The notes under the pieces: generated by a model
Database searches by the model: none
What the model was told of the DNA's origin: nothing
What the model saw: the letters and a program-made list of their open reading frames with translations, nothing else
Made by a program: the position numbers and the translations under genes
Assembly (NCBI GenBank): GCA_964405655.1
Contig: CAYOOO010000002.1
Location: 2,022 to 66,021, forward strand
Source of the DNA: an uncultured Gammaproteobacteria bacterium
GTDB lineage: Bacteria > Patescibacteriota > Microgenomatia > Daviesbacterales > UBA10151
Length of the DNA: 64,000 bases
Direction: 5' to 3'
In this document: positions 1 through 9,286 of the stretch, in pieces
Position numbering within the stretch: position 1 is the first letter of the stretch
Layout: every line of letters starts with the position of its first letter

Positions 1-48
1 AAGTCGCAAATAGCAACAATTAATAGTTATAGATCAGAAATTAATAGT

Positions 49-1278
49 TTGATACAGATAACATCACCTCTTAAAGAGGTAGAGCCAGTAACTTTTAATC
101 TTAAAACCAGTTCAAAAATCTTTTTAAGTGATTATAAAAGAATAGCTGAGAATGCAAATGCTTTACAGGTAGAAATAGATAGAAGGGTAAGTTGCTTAAG
201 AGAGGGTAAGGCTTGCCAAAGACCTGCTTTTAGCTTCGTTAAGATTGATAAAATCTACCCAATTCCTGAAGATAAAGCACCAGAAAGACTACTTGATAAA
301 AAGACAGTACTAAATTATCCTCAGTTAAAAAGAGAAATTAAAGTCAGAGGTCCATATCAGGCTTATAGCCCCTGTACCGGACTAAATGAACAGGATCTCA
401 GTTGGCCTAATCTACCTTATTACATCTCTGATTTATCTACAACTAATATTGAGTTTCCTGATATTCCAGCTTATAGATTTGAACTTGCTTCAAATGTGTT
501 TTTCAGAAGAGTCAATAAAACCCCCATTTTACCTGGAGACGATCAAATAAATAAATTAGGCTTAGATTATATCTATCAGTCAGCAACAGCAATTTATATG
601 TGTCCTTATCAGGCTTATTTTAATGAAATTACCCAAAATGATCTTTTCTTAAAAGAGAACAAACCATTTTTAAATAACTTCAAATCTTTAAAGAACTTAC
701 CCCCAAGCTTTAGTAAAATTGTTAGTCAAGCTAAATCTTATGAAGAAACAATTTTTAGCAAAAGGTATCAGTCATTTGCTGATTTGGAGAATTTAGCCAA
801 TTTGTACGGTTACTTGTACCGTTTAGTAGCTGAAGGAAGAAACTTTAAAGAATCTGACCAGATAAACCCTCTTAAAGAAGAGCTATTAAGAAGAAGTTTA
901 ATTATCAAAAGAAAATTAGGGGGTTATAATTTAGTTTTAAATAGTGTTCTATTTCACCTTCGGACAAGTACCTATAGAGAGATCATCCGACCCAATCCAG
1001 ATCTAAATACTGTAGTAGCATATAACTATTTTATGAATACAGCTTATAGCCTAATGTACCTCCCCTTTACTAGATCAGTTTGGAGGTTGAGTGATAATTT
1101 ACAATATCATGACAAAGTCTTAGTGAAAGGTGTGATTGGTTTTGAAGGACCATACTTTGATTATTACCAAGCTTTGGAAAGATATTCTAAAGAGGGTATA
1201 AGTAAGTGGTTTGTTCATGAGGTAGAAATTCTAGCAGATTTAGCACAAGAAGAATTAAAAACTAATTATCCCCAATAA
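49..1278 (+). CDS. hypothetical protein (409 aa), TTG start
   Basis: Long ORF in the track. In-frame TAG at 46-48 bounds it upstream. No recognisable motif. Intrinsic terminator follows. Confidence 0.5.
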   Translation: MIQITSPLKEVEPVTFNLKTSSKIFLSDYKRIAENANALQVEIDRRVSCLREGKACQRPAFSFVKIDKIYPIPEDKAPERLLDKKTVLNYPQLKREIKVRGPYQAYSPCTGLNEQDLSWPNLPYYISDLSTTNIEFPDIPAYRFELASNVFFRRVNKTPILPGDDQINKLGLDYIYQSATAIYMCPYQAYFNEITQNDLFLKENKPFLNNFKSLKNLPPSFSKIVSQAKSYEETIFSKRYQSFADLENLANLYGYLYRLVAEGRNFKESDQINPLKEELLRRSLIIKRKLGGYNLVLNSVLFHLRTSTYREIIRPNPDLNTVVAYNYFMNTAYSLMYLPFTRSVWRLSDNLQYHDKVLVKGVIGFEGPYFDYYQALERYSKEGISKWFVHEVEILADLAQEELKTNYPQ

Positions 1279-1281
1279 AAA

Positions 1282-1316
1282 ACAGGAGCGTCCGTCTGCC
1301 TCGCTCCTGTTTTTGA
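1282..1316 (+). terminator. rho-independent terminator
   Basis: Stem acaggagcg ... cgctcctgt followed by TTTTT, directly after the stop at 1278. Confidence 0.7.
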
Positions 1317-1783
1317 AGATAATATTTAACTTCCCAAATTATATCCAAAGTAGTATAAAAGTCAATATATCAAAATACATAAAAAGAGATTAAGTCTATT
1401 ACCGCATAGCCTCAAATAATTACTTACAGACCTATAACTAAATTATAAAATATATCTTAATAATATCTAAATATATCTACTATAAATCAAATAAATACAA
1501 ATCTATTTTGTGAAAACTATGTGAAAAAAATATGTGTAATTAAACAAACATATCTTATAGTTATATATGTTCAGGAAAATTTTGATTAAAGGTAAGTAGT
1601 AGTAAGCTGCTATAATAATCCAAACATTTCAAATTTATATTTAGCACTTGAAATAATTAAGTGATTGTTAATCCTGTAATTCAGAAGTTTTACAAATATA
1701 GGATGTTTTAAATTTATTCCAGAGTAAGACTTGCACTTAACAATAGTTGTATTTAAAATTAGATGTAACTAAAGTTATAACAT

Positions 1784-4198
1784 ATGAAAAAATATCTACC
1801 AAAGGAGATAGAAAGTAAATGGCAAAGAAAATGGGCAAAGGATAAACTTTATTTTACTGACTTGTCAAACTGGAAAAATAAATACTACGTTTTAGTAGAA
1901 CTTCCTTATACCTCAGGTGACTTGCATATAGGTCATTGGTTTACCTTCAGCAAAGGTGATATTTTAGCCAGATTTAAAAGAATGCAAGGATTTAATGTTG
2001 TTTTTCCCAACGGTTATGACACCTTTGGCCTTCCAGCGGAGAATGCAGCTATAAAAAACAAGATGCATCCTAAGGACTGGACGTATGCAAATATCAAAAA
2101 GATGAGAATACAATTTGAGACTATGGGAACAGTTATTGACTGGACTAAAACTGCTATAACATGCGACCCTGACTACTATAAGTGGAACCAATGGGTTTTT
2201 CTAAAGATGTTTGAAAAAGGGATTGCCTATAAAGGTAAAAATATCTCAAACTGGTGCCCTTCATGTCAAACTGTATTAGCAGATGAAAACGTTGAAAATG
2301 GAAAATGTTGGAGGTGCGGGACTGAGGTTGACAAAAAAGAAATAGAACAATGGTTCTTTAAAATAACCCAGTATGCAGACGAGTTAATCTGGAAAGATCA
2401 AGACGATTACGATTGGCCAAAGTCATTAAAAGATGCTCAAAACCAGTGGATAGGTAGAAGCGAAGGTGCAGAGATAGAGTTCAGAGTAGAAAATTCAGAA
2501 TCCAGGATTAAAGTGTTTACTGTCTTTCCGGAAACAATTTATGGAGTTACCTATATGGTTTTAGCTCCAGAACATCCCCTGGTTAATGAGCTTACAACTA
2601 AGCAGCAGAAAGATTTAGTATCAAAATATAAAGAAATAGCTCAAAAGAAGACAGAACAAGAGAGAAAAGAAGGACAGAAAGACAAAACAGGTGTCTTTAC
2701 AGGTTCTCACTGTATAAACCCTGTTAATAATAATAAAATTCCTATCTGGATAGCTGATTATGTGATTTCATCTTATGGTACTGGTGCAGTGATGGGTGTA
2801 CCGGCTTCAGACCATAGGGATTTTGCTTTTGCAAAAAAATATGGCTTGGAAATAATTCGAGTAATTGGAAAAGATAAAAGCGATGATGGTCCGGTTAGGA
2901 CTGAAGAAGAAGTTTTAGAAGAAGGAGTCTTGGTAAATTCAGGACAGTTTAGCCTTTTACAAAGTCCTGAACCAGCTAAGGAAAGAATCATTAAGTATTT
3001 AGAGAAAGAAGGCTATGGTAAAAGAACCATTCAATATCATCTCCACGATTGGTCTGTATCTCGTCAAAGGTATTGGGGCACTCCAATACCGATAATTTAC
3101 TGCGATAGCTGTGGAGTAGTATCTGTACCCTATGAGGATTTACCTGTAGTTTTACCAGATAAAGTTGATTATGCTCCAAAAGGTAAAGCTCCACTGGCTA
3201 CAGCTGAAGAATGGGTCAGAGTCAAATGTCCTAGATGTGGCAAAGAAGCTAAAAGAGAAGTTGAAACAATGGATGGATTTGTAGATAACTCCTGGTATTT
3301 TTTTAGATATCTAGATCCCAATAATAAAAAAGAGATCTTTGATAAAAAAATTATTTCAAATTGGATGCCAATTCAGATTTATATAGGAGGAGGGGAGCAT
3401 ACTTATGGTCATGCTCTTTATTCAAGGTTTTTTAATAAGTTTTTTAAAGATATTGGGCTGGTTAGCTTTGATGAATATACCATAAAAAGGATCCATCATG
3501 GTGTTATTTTGGGACCTGACAGCCATAGAATGAGTAAATCAAGAGGAAATGTTGTCAATCCAGATGACCAAGCCTCAGACTATGGTTCAGATGCTGTTAG
3601 AATCTACCTTTCTTTTCTAGGTCCTTTCGATATTGTCACACCTTGGAACCCAAGTGGTATCAATGGGATTTATCATTTTATCCAGCGGGTTTGTGCTCTT
3701 TTTGATAAGGTTTCAGATATAGAGCCTAGTAATAAAGACCTAACATTTATGCATAAAACAATCAAAAGAGTAACTAAAGATTTAGAAGAACTAGCCAACA
3801 ATACTGCTATAGCAGCCTTAATGGAGTGGTTAAACTATTTGAGCAGAAAAGACAAGATCTCAAAAGAGGAATATAAAAATTATTTGAAATTACTTGCTCC
3901 CTTTGCTCCCCATATTACTGAGGAACTATGGGAAATGTTAGGAGAAAAATATTCCATTCATCAGACTGCTTGGCCAGAGGTAGATGAAAACTATCTTAAA
4001 GAAGTAACCTTTGTTATACCTGTTCAAGTCAATGGAAAGGTTAGAGATACCTTAAATATATCAGCCGAAGAAGCTTGGGATGAAGGAAAAGTAGAGAAAG
4101 CGGCTCTGGAACTTTCTAAAGTCAAGAAATTTGTTGATGGGAAAAAGGTGATCAAAAGAGTTTATATACCAGGTAAAATTTTAAATCTAGTAGTCTAA
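1784..4198 (+). CDS. leuS: leucyl-tRNA synthetase
   Basis: 804 aa. HIGH motif (DLHIGHWF) and KMSKS motif (RMSKSRGN). N-terminus and editing-domain spacing typical of LeuRS. Confidence 0.93.
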   Translation: MKKYLPKEIESKWQRKWAKDKLYFTDLSNWKNKYYVLVELPYTSGDLHIGHWFTFSKGDILARFKRMQGFNVVFPNGYDTFGLPAENAAIKNKMHPKDWTYANIKKMRIQFETMGTVIDWTKTAITCDPDYYKWNQWVFLKMFEKGIAYKGKNISNWCPSCQTVLADENVENGKCWRCGTEVDKKEIEQWFFKITQYADELIWKDQDDYDWPKSLKDAQNQWIGRSEGAEIEFRVENSESRIKVFTVFPETIYGVTYMVLAPEHPLVNELTTKQQKDLVSKYKEIAQKKTEQERKEGQKDKTGVFTGSHCINPVNNNKIPIWIADYVISSYGTGAVMGVPASDHRDFAFAKKYGLEIIRVIGKDKSDDGPVRTEEEVLEEGVLVNSGQFSLLQSPEPAKERIIKYLEKEGYGKRTIQYHLHDWSVSRQRYWGTPIPIIYCDSCGVVSVPYEDLPVVLPDKVDYAPKGKAPLATAEEWVRVKCPRCGKEAKREVETMDGFVDNSWYFFRYLDPNNKKEIFDKKIISNWMPIQIYIGGGEHTYGHALYSRFFNKFFKDIGLVSFDEYTIKRIHHGVILGPDSHRMSKSRGNVVNPDDQASDYGSDAVRIYLSFLGPFDIVTPWNPSGINGIYHFIQRVCALFDKVSDIEPSNKDLTFMHKTIKRVTKDLEELANNTAIAALMEWLNYLSRKDKISKEEYKNYLKLLAPFAPHITEELWEMLGEKYSIHQTAWPEVDENYLKEVTFVIPVQVNGKVRDTLNISAEEAWDEGKVEKAALELSKVKKFVDGKKVIKRVYIPGKILNLVV

Positions 4199-4215
4199 AC
4201 AAAGCTAATTATTGC

Positions 4216-4686
4216 TTGACTAATTTTTGGCTTCTGCCATACAATCCTTTTAAGATGCCCTTAACTAAGAGTTTAAGCCAGAGAATTTCTAAATCAAAAA
4301 GAACAGACCAGTGGTTACTATCCCGTCTCGATTTGCTATGGTCAAATTACTTTCAGGACGTTCAACAGTTGAATCCAGTCTTTATTAGATTTGGCCGTTT
4401 TTCAAAATATCGATTAGGCTCTATCAGATTGGAAAAGGCTAATAACCGCTCTTTTATAACCATTACAGGGATGTTTAAGGATGAAAAAATTCCAGTTGAA
4501 GTTATTGATCACACTATTGCTCATGAACTCTGTCACTATACTCACGGTTTTTCTTCACCTAAGCCTAGGCTTCACAGATATCCTCACCATGGTGGGGTAA
4601 TTAAAGAGGAGTTAGAAGGTAGGGGACTTCATCACTTGGTTAAATCTTATCAAAGGTGGCTAAAAGTATATCGAAAATCCCTCTAA
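4216..4686 (+). CDS. SprT/DUF45-like zinc metallopeptidase (HExxH)
   Basis: 156 aa. HELCHYTHGF matches the HExxH...H pattern of SprT/YgjP-like proteins. Identified by motif only. Confidence 0.4.
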   Translation: MTNFWLLPYNPFKMPLTKSLSQRISKSKRTDQWLLSRLDLLWSNYFQDVQQLNPVFIRFGRFSKYRLGSIRLEKANNRSFITITGMFKDEKIPVEVIDHTIAHELCHYTHGFSSPKPRLHRYPHHGGVIKEELEGRGLHHLVKSYQRWLKVYRKSL

Positions 4687-4699
4687 AAATCGTTTCTAG

Positions 4700-5317
4700 T
4701 TGCAAACATTAACTAAACGAGTATATTCTGAGTTTGTGGAATCTCTTAATGGAGTTGTGGAAAAATACAAATACCCAATAATCTTAAGTTTTATTGGGTT
4801 AGTTTTAATCATTGGGGGTATTTTTTCTTCAGGCATTATCAAGGGTAACAAAGCTTTCCCTAAAGAGAGTCTGGTAGATATCAAACCAGCTAGTCAAGTC
4901 AAAGTGGATCTTTCTGGGGCTGTCAAAAAACCAGCTGTTTATAGTCTAAATGTTAATTCACGGGTTGAGGATGTTGTTAATCTGGCTGGTGGATTTTCAG
5001 AAAACGTTAATAAAGAATATATCTCAAAATACTTAAATCTATCCGCTAAATTGGCGGATGGACAGAAGATCTATATTCCCTTTGAAGGAGAGAATTTTGG
5101 AGCGACTGGTGGCGTAGCTGGTGTCAAAATCAACAGTAAAGTTGGTATCAATAGCTCGAGCCAGTCTCAGTTAGAAGATTTACCTGGAGTAGGTCCAGCT
5201 ACAGCTGAAAAAATAATCTCCGGACGCCCATATAGTGATATCGCTGAACTGACTAGCAAAAAGATAATTTCCAAAGCTGTTTTTGAAAAGATAAAAGAGT
5301 TAATTGATATAAATTAA
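4700..5317 (+). CDS. comEA: competence protein ComEA (SLBB plus helix-hairpin-helix)
   Basis: C-terminal LPGVGPATAEKII helix-hairpin-helix motif, a central SLBB-like segment and an N-terminal TM helix. Confidence 0.8.
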   Translation: MQTLTKRVYSEFVESLNGVVEKYKYPIILSFIGLVLIIGGIFSSGIIKGNKAFPKESLVDIKPASQVKVDLSGAVKKPAVYSLNVNSRVEDVVNLAGGFSENVNKEYISKYLNLSAKLADGQKIYIPFEGENFGATGGVAGVKINSKVGINSSSQSQLEDLPGVGPATAEKIISGRPYSDIAELTSKKIISKAVFEKIKELIDIN

Positions 5318-5319
5318 TC

Positions 5320-6360
5320 TTGTTTACCAGATATTTTCTACTAATTCTACTTTTTCTGTTGATTTTTTTCTGGCGAATAGAACAGATTGGAGGTTTAGAA
5401 AAAGGTGTTAGTGACCCTGAAATCGAGAAGATATCTGCTCTCTTTCAGCCTGCCCAGATCTATTTAGCTCAACAGCCTCAGCTTATTCTTGATCAACCTC
5501 AAGCTGGATTGCTCTCGGGAATGGTTTTAGGGGTAAAGAGTTTAATCCCATCTGATTTAACCAAAGCTCTTCGTAGAACTTCAACAATTCATATTGTGGT
5601 AGTTTCAGGTCAAAACTTGACTATGCTAGCAGGATTAATTTTGAACTTAGCTCCCTTACTGGGTAGAAGAAAGGTAATAGTTATTGGCTTACTAGCAGTT
5701 TTAGTTTATGCACTAATTAGTGGTTTACAAGTCCCGGTTATTAGAGCAGCAATTATGGTTACTTTTGCCTCACTGGCTAAGCTTCTGGGCAGGGAAGAGG
5801 ATTCCATCTTAGTCTTGCTTTTGACAGCCTCTATTATGCTAATTTATAATCCTAATTGGCTCCTGTCTGTATCTTTTCAGCTTTCGTTCTTAGCAACAAT
5901 CGGGGTAGTAATCTTAGCCCCTGAGATTATAAATAGATTTGGCTTTATCCCTAATTTAATCAAACAAGATTTGGCAGTTTCTTTGGCTGCTCAAATCATG
6001 ACTCTGCCAGTCATAGCATTCCAATTCCATCAAATCAGCTTAGTTGGTATACTAACTAATAGTTTGATATTGTTTACTATACCAATTATTATGGTAAGTG
6101 GTAGCGTGGCAATTTTTGTTTCCCTGATTAATCTAACTTTAGGTCAACTATTGACAGTTATCCCAGCGATCTTCCTAACTTATTTTATTTATATCGTTGA
6201 ACTTTTCAATACTAAATGGGCAAGTATCTATATGGGAAAAATAAGCTGGCTAGTTTGGCTAGGTTATTATATCCTAATTCTGGCTACTTTTATCTTTTTA
6301 AAACAAATAAACGGTAGAAAAAAATTGGATCCAGGACAAAATTTTATGGGTAAATTTTGA
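5320..6360 (+). CDS. comEC: ComEC/Rec2-family membrane protein (competence domain only)
   Basis: Polytopic membrane protein. Segment GMVLGVKSLIPSDLTKALRRTSTIHIVVVSGQNLTMLAG is typical of the ComEC competence domain. No beta-lactamase domain. TTG start. Confidence 0.65.
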   Translation: MFTRYFLLILLFLLIFFWRIEQIGGLEKGVSDPEIEKISALFQPAQIYLAQQPQLILDQPQAGLLSGMVLGVKSLIPSDLTKALRRTSTIHIVVVSGQNLTMLAGLILNLAPLLGRRKVIVIGLLAVLVYALISGLQVPVIRAAIMVTFASLAKLLGREEDSILVLLLTASIMLIYNPNWLLSVSFQLSFLATIGVVILAPEIINRFGFIPNLIKQDLAVSLAAQIMTLPVIAFQFHQISLVGILTNSLILFTIPIIMVSGSVAIFVSLINLTLGQLLTVIPAIFLTYFIYIVELFNTKWASIYMGKISWLVWLGYYILILATFIFLKQINGRKKLDPGQNFMGKF

Positions 6361-6395
6361 TTTTTAGCTACGATATGATATAATTATCAAACAAC

Positions 6396-6584
6396 AAAAT
6401 ACTAAAAGCGTTCGTATTGGAGTCGCGATCCAAGAGCTGGAAGCCAAAATGCTTCCCGGAGACGAAACCGTCAAAGACAGTAACGTGTGTCGCGGAGTTT
6501 ATGCTGAGCGCAGTCGAAGCAGAGCACGTCAGGAATGAGGTCCGCCAGCTGGCGGATAAAGCAAGGTGGCACCGCCAATTTAAA
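6396..6584 (+). ncRNA. GC-rich structured element of unknown class
   Basis: ~190 nt of GC-rich sequence, much richer than the surroundings. Contains the perfect palindrome TCCGCCAGCTGGCGGA (6541-6556) and several other hairpins. Ends in an intrinsic terminator. The ORF 6417..6617 predicted here is probably spurious. Confidence 0.4.
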
Positions 6585-6636
6585 AGGCCCTTGTTTGTTC
6601 ATCTAAGTTATAGGTGAGCAAGCAAGGGCTTTTTTA
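6585..6636 (+). terminator. rho-independent terminator
   Basis: Stem ggcccttgtttg ... caagcaagggc(t) followed by TTTTTT. Confidence 0.6.
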
Positions 6637-6652
6637 AAGCTTAAAAAATATT

Positions 6653-8134
6653 ATGTTAGTCGAAACATATCAAAATAAAATATACGAGAGAGAAAAAGAC
6701 AGGTTTCTGGCTGGCTTTTCCAAACCCGGAGTTGATACGGGAAAAATTATTATAGGCTTTATAGGACAAAATCAGGATCAGGTTCATATTGTCGATTTGC
6801 CAACTCAAGAAGCTTTGCTTGTAATAGCTGATATTAGAGCTGGCCAAAAAGCAGTAGCTGCCTCCAGAACACTAGCCTTTTCCTATGCGCAGAAGTTCTT
6901 GTTTGATAAAGGGGTGTCTGTGCCAGATTTAAAGGCTAGAATGGCTGGTGCTGCCTTCCAGACAATGATGTTTAATATAGGAGTTAAACATCCATTTTTT
7001 TCAGAAGAAACAAAGAATGGCCAAACTAAAGAAGCTAAAAGGTTAACTCCAGAAGGAAGAATACTAGCTGAGGCTATGTTTACGAAGGCCCATCCGAAGG
7101 GGGTTGATAGATTATTGCCTAGTATACTAACTGAGGTAGCCAAACCAGCAAATAACAGTTTCTTTGGCATATTTGGTAAATACTTAGGTTCAACTACCTC
7201 ACCCCAGTTACAATCTGAACTAGAAGCTAGGTTTGGTTGGTATCAGGCAGCTCATTTACCACTAGAACTTGTTTTAGTTTTGAGTTTAGAGAAATTCCCT
7301 TGTCCTCTAAAATCCTTTGATGGCCTGCCTGATCTGGCAGAAGTTGGTCAACTGCTTAAGTTCAAAAAGCTGCAAGAGGAACTTAGGGATTTACATCCAG
7401 CTGGGATAAAACTAATAGTGGTTAATGAATCACCAGCCTTTTTAGGTTTCTCTTCGAATCCTGAGGTAAAAACCGCTGAAATAGAGGCATATAAGAACAA
7501 ATTTTTAGAGCTTGCACAAAAACTGGGTATAGGCGGAAGCGTCCAAGTTGAGGATATGGAAGCCCTGTTTAGAGGTTCTAAAAGGGAAGAGTTTGATACT
7601 ATTATATCCCAAGCCAAATTGACTGAAGAAGAATTAGATCTTCACAGAAGAATTGAGTTTACCAACGTAGATTTAACCAAGCTTTTCAGCCCTGAAATGA
7701 TAGCTTCATTGTCCATAGCTGATTTACTGGCAATCTATAGCGGTAGATACTCGATTGCAGGTTTTGATCAACCTCAAAGAGCTCTAAACCCGGCTCAATC
7801 GAGTCTAGTTTCAGCTATAGAATCACAGGCAACTTTTCAAGCAGAAGCTTTTAAAGCTTATTGCATAGCCAGGTCAGCTGTTCAAAACAAATATTTGGCA
7901 GAATTTGGAGTCACCAGAGGCCCATATATTAAAATAAACTGCATTGAAAAATCTGACCAGGCATATTTTCCCTTAAGTGATAGCAGGGTACTACCTCAGC
8001 ACGGAGTAGGGGTATTAACCACTAAGGGAAAAATTAAAGTCATCCCTCTAATTGTTCCAGTGTTTGAAGCTGAGAAGTATTTATTAGTTGAAGATCCAGA
8101 TTTAGAAATTAAATACTTAAAGGAGGTGGCATAA
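6653..8134 (+). CDS. hypothetical protein (493 aa); C-terminal half possibly PvcA/Dit1-like
   Basis: Long ORF. Its stop overlaps the next start (ATGA). The downstream half weakly resembles the next gene. Confidence 0.5.
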   Translation: MLVETYQNKIYEREKDRFLAGFSKPGVDTGKIIIGFIGQNQDQVHIVDLPTQEALLVIADIRAGQKAVAASRTLAFSYAQKFLFDKGVSVPDLKARMAGAAFQTMMFNIGVKHPFFSEETKNGQTKEAKRLTPEGRILAEAMFTKAHPKGVDRLLPSILTEVAKPANNSFFGIFGKYLGSTTSPQLQSELEARFGWYQAAHLPLELVLVLSLEKFPCPLKSFDGLPDLAEVGQLLKFKKLQEELRDLHPAGIKLIVVNESPAFLGFSSNPEVKTAEIEAYKNKFLELAQKLGIGGSVQVEDMEALFRGSKREEFDTIISQAKLTEEELDLHRRIEFTNVDLTKLFSPEMIASLSIADLLAIYSGRYSIAGFDQPQRALNPAQSSLVSAIESQATFQAEAFKAYCIARSAVQNKYLAEFGVTRGPYIKINCIEKSDQAYFPLSDSRVLPQHGVGVLTTKGKIKVIPLIVPVFEAEKYLLVEDPDLEIKYLKEVA

Positions 8135-9246
8135 TGAAATTAATTAATAAAGAGATAGCAGCTTATATCCCTTTTAAGCTTAGTCTTAAAAGCAAAGGTA
8201 AAATTAAACCATTCTTAAAGCCCAAACTTGTTTCTCAAGAAACTATTAAAAAGATCTTGCCTCAGCTTAAAGTTAGCTTGCCTAAAGAAGGTTCTATTTC
8301 AGAACAAGTATTTTCAATTTTAGTTAACCCTGAAATTAGATACGGGAATCTAGACTATCTGAATAAAAGTAAAAGCTATCTTTTATCTTTAATCAACAAA
8401 CTGCTTAAAGAAAAAAAACCTCTGATATTCCATATTGCGGGTTTTCCTCACAAAATGCCAAATCCTTTCTATACAACTCAAGTTGAGCCTGATTTAGGGG
8501 AATTAATGTTTCTTTGGAGGCTTGAGTCTATTGCCAGAATTTTGGAGCAAATCTACCCCTACGGGGTCAAAATAGTAATTTGTTTAGAGGGAACAGTGTT
8601 TCATTATCTGTCGATGATCTCTAGGCTTGAAGCTCAAAATTATCAGGAATTAGTTAAGAATTTAGCTTTAACTTATGATTTTGAGCACCTAAAGTTTTTA
8701 GATTTAGTTGAAACTCACTCTCAAACCAAGAATTGGGATGAGCAAGTTAGGATCAAAAGCCTAAAACTCTATCAACTCTATCAAAAAGGGGATAAGGAAG
8801 TAGTAGCCCAGCTAAAAAGGACTTGGCCTGTCATATTTACAACTCTAAATATGAGATCCTTACAGAGTAAGGAAATTATTTCTATGTTTAAAGCTGCCAA
8901 TAAAGGCTTTAAAGAGACAGTTAAAAGTAAATACCATCACCTAGCTTTATTTGCTTTTGAATCTAGCTTGACCTATCTTGCCTACAACGAGATCAAAAGA
9001 GAGTCAAAAGTAATTGAGAAAGCTATTTCGGCTGGTATAAAGATGTCAGTGGTTCCAAAGCTTAATGCATTTGGAATCTGGTGGGTTCAAAAAGATGAGT
9101 ACAAACTGCCTTATTATGGTTTGCCTTTAGTAAAAGATAACTCCTTTAAAGCTATAGAATACGCTTTTGATGCAAAAAGAATTTATAATCTTCAACCAGT
9201 TTTAATAAAAGGGTCTAGGCAGCCTTTCTTTTTCGAGGTAGTGTAA
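8134..9246 (+). CDS. hypothetical protein (370 aa); possible PvcA/Dit1-family (isonitrile-synthase-like)
   Basis: HIAGFPHKMPNPF ... PDLGE ... YGVKIVICLEGTVFHYL resembles my recollection of the GFP-K ... SDG-VF signature of the PvcA/DIT1 family. Not verified. Confidence 0.45.
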   Translation: MKLINKEIAAYIPFKLSLKSKGKIKPFLKPKLVSQETIKKILPQLKVSLPKEGSISEQVFSILVNPEIRYGNLDYLNKSKSYLLSLINKLLKEKKPLIFHIAGFPHKMPNPFYTTQVEPDLGELMFLWRLESIARILEQIYPYGVKIVICLEGTVFHYLSMISRLEAQNYQELVKNLALTYDFEHLKFLDLVETHSQTKNWDEQVRIKSLKLYQLYQKGDKEVVAQLKRTWPVIFTTLNMRSLQSKEIISMFKAANKGFKETVKSKYHHLALFAFESSLTYLAYNEIKRESKVIEKAISAGIKMSVVPKLNAFGIWWVQKDEYKLPYYGLPLVKDNSFKAIEYAFDAKRIYNLQPVLIKGSRQPFFFEVV

Positions 9247-9286
9247 ATTTAATTCAACAAGCTTATTTCTGTGATATGATTTATCT

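Noticed and set aside
1964-3194. Antisense ORFs inside leuS (1964..2191, 2773..2991 and 2991..3194, all minus strand)
   Set aside because: They are wholly nested opposite a confidently assigned gene with low-complexity products. The same reasoning applies to other nested track ORFs (e.g. 20843..21091, 26235..26444, 27029..27247, 27820..28104, 28235..28560, 46168..46542, 62672..62878).
6417-6617. 66-aa ORF inside the GC-rich element
   Set aside because: The region looks like structured RNA (palindromes, terminator). The ORF has an odd composition and no ribosome-binding site, so it is more likely a non-coding leader.
6396-6640. Assignment of the GC-rich element as SRP RNA, RNase P RNA or tmRNA
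   Set aside because: There are partial resemblances to SRP helix 8 (GUCAGG ... UCCG ... AAGCAAGG). However, the GNRA tetraloop and the flanking conserved bases are absent. The RNase P P4 sequences and the tmRNA tRNA-like ends are also absent.
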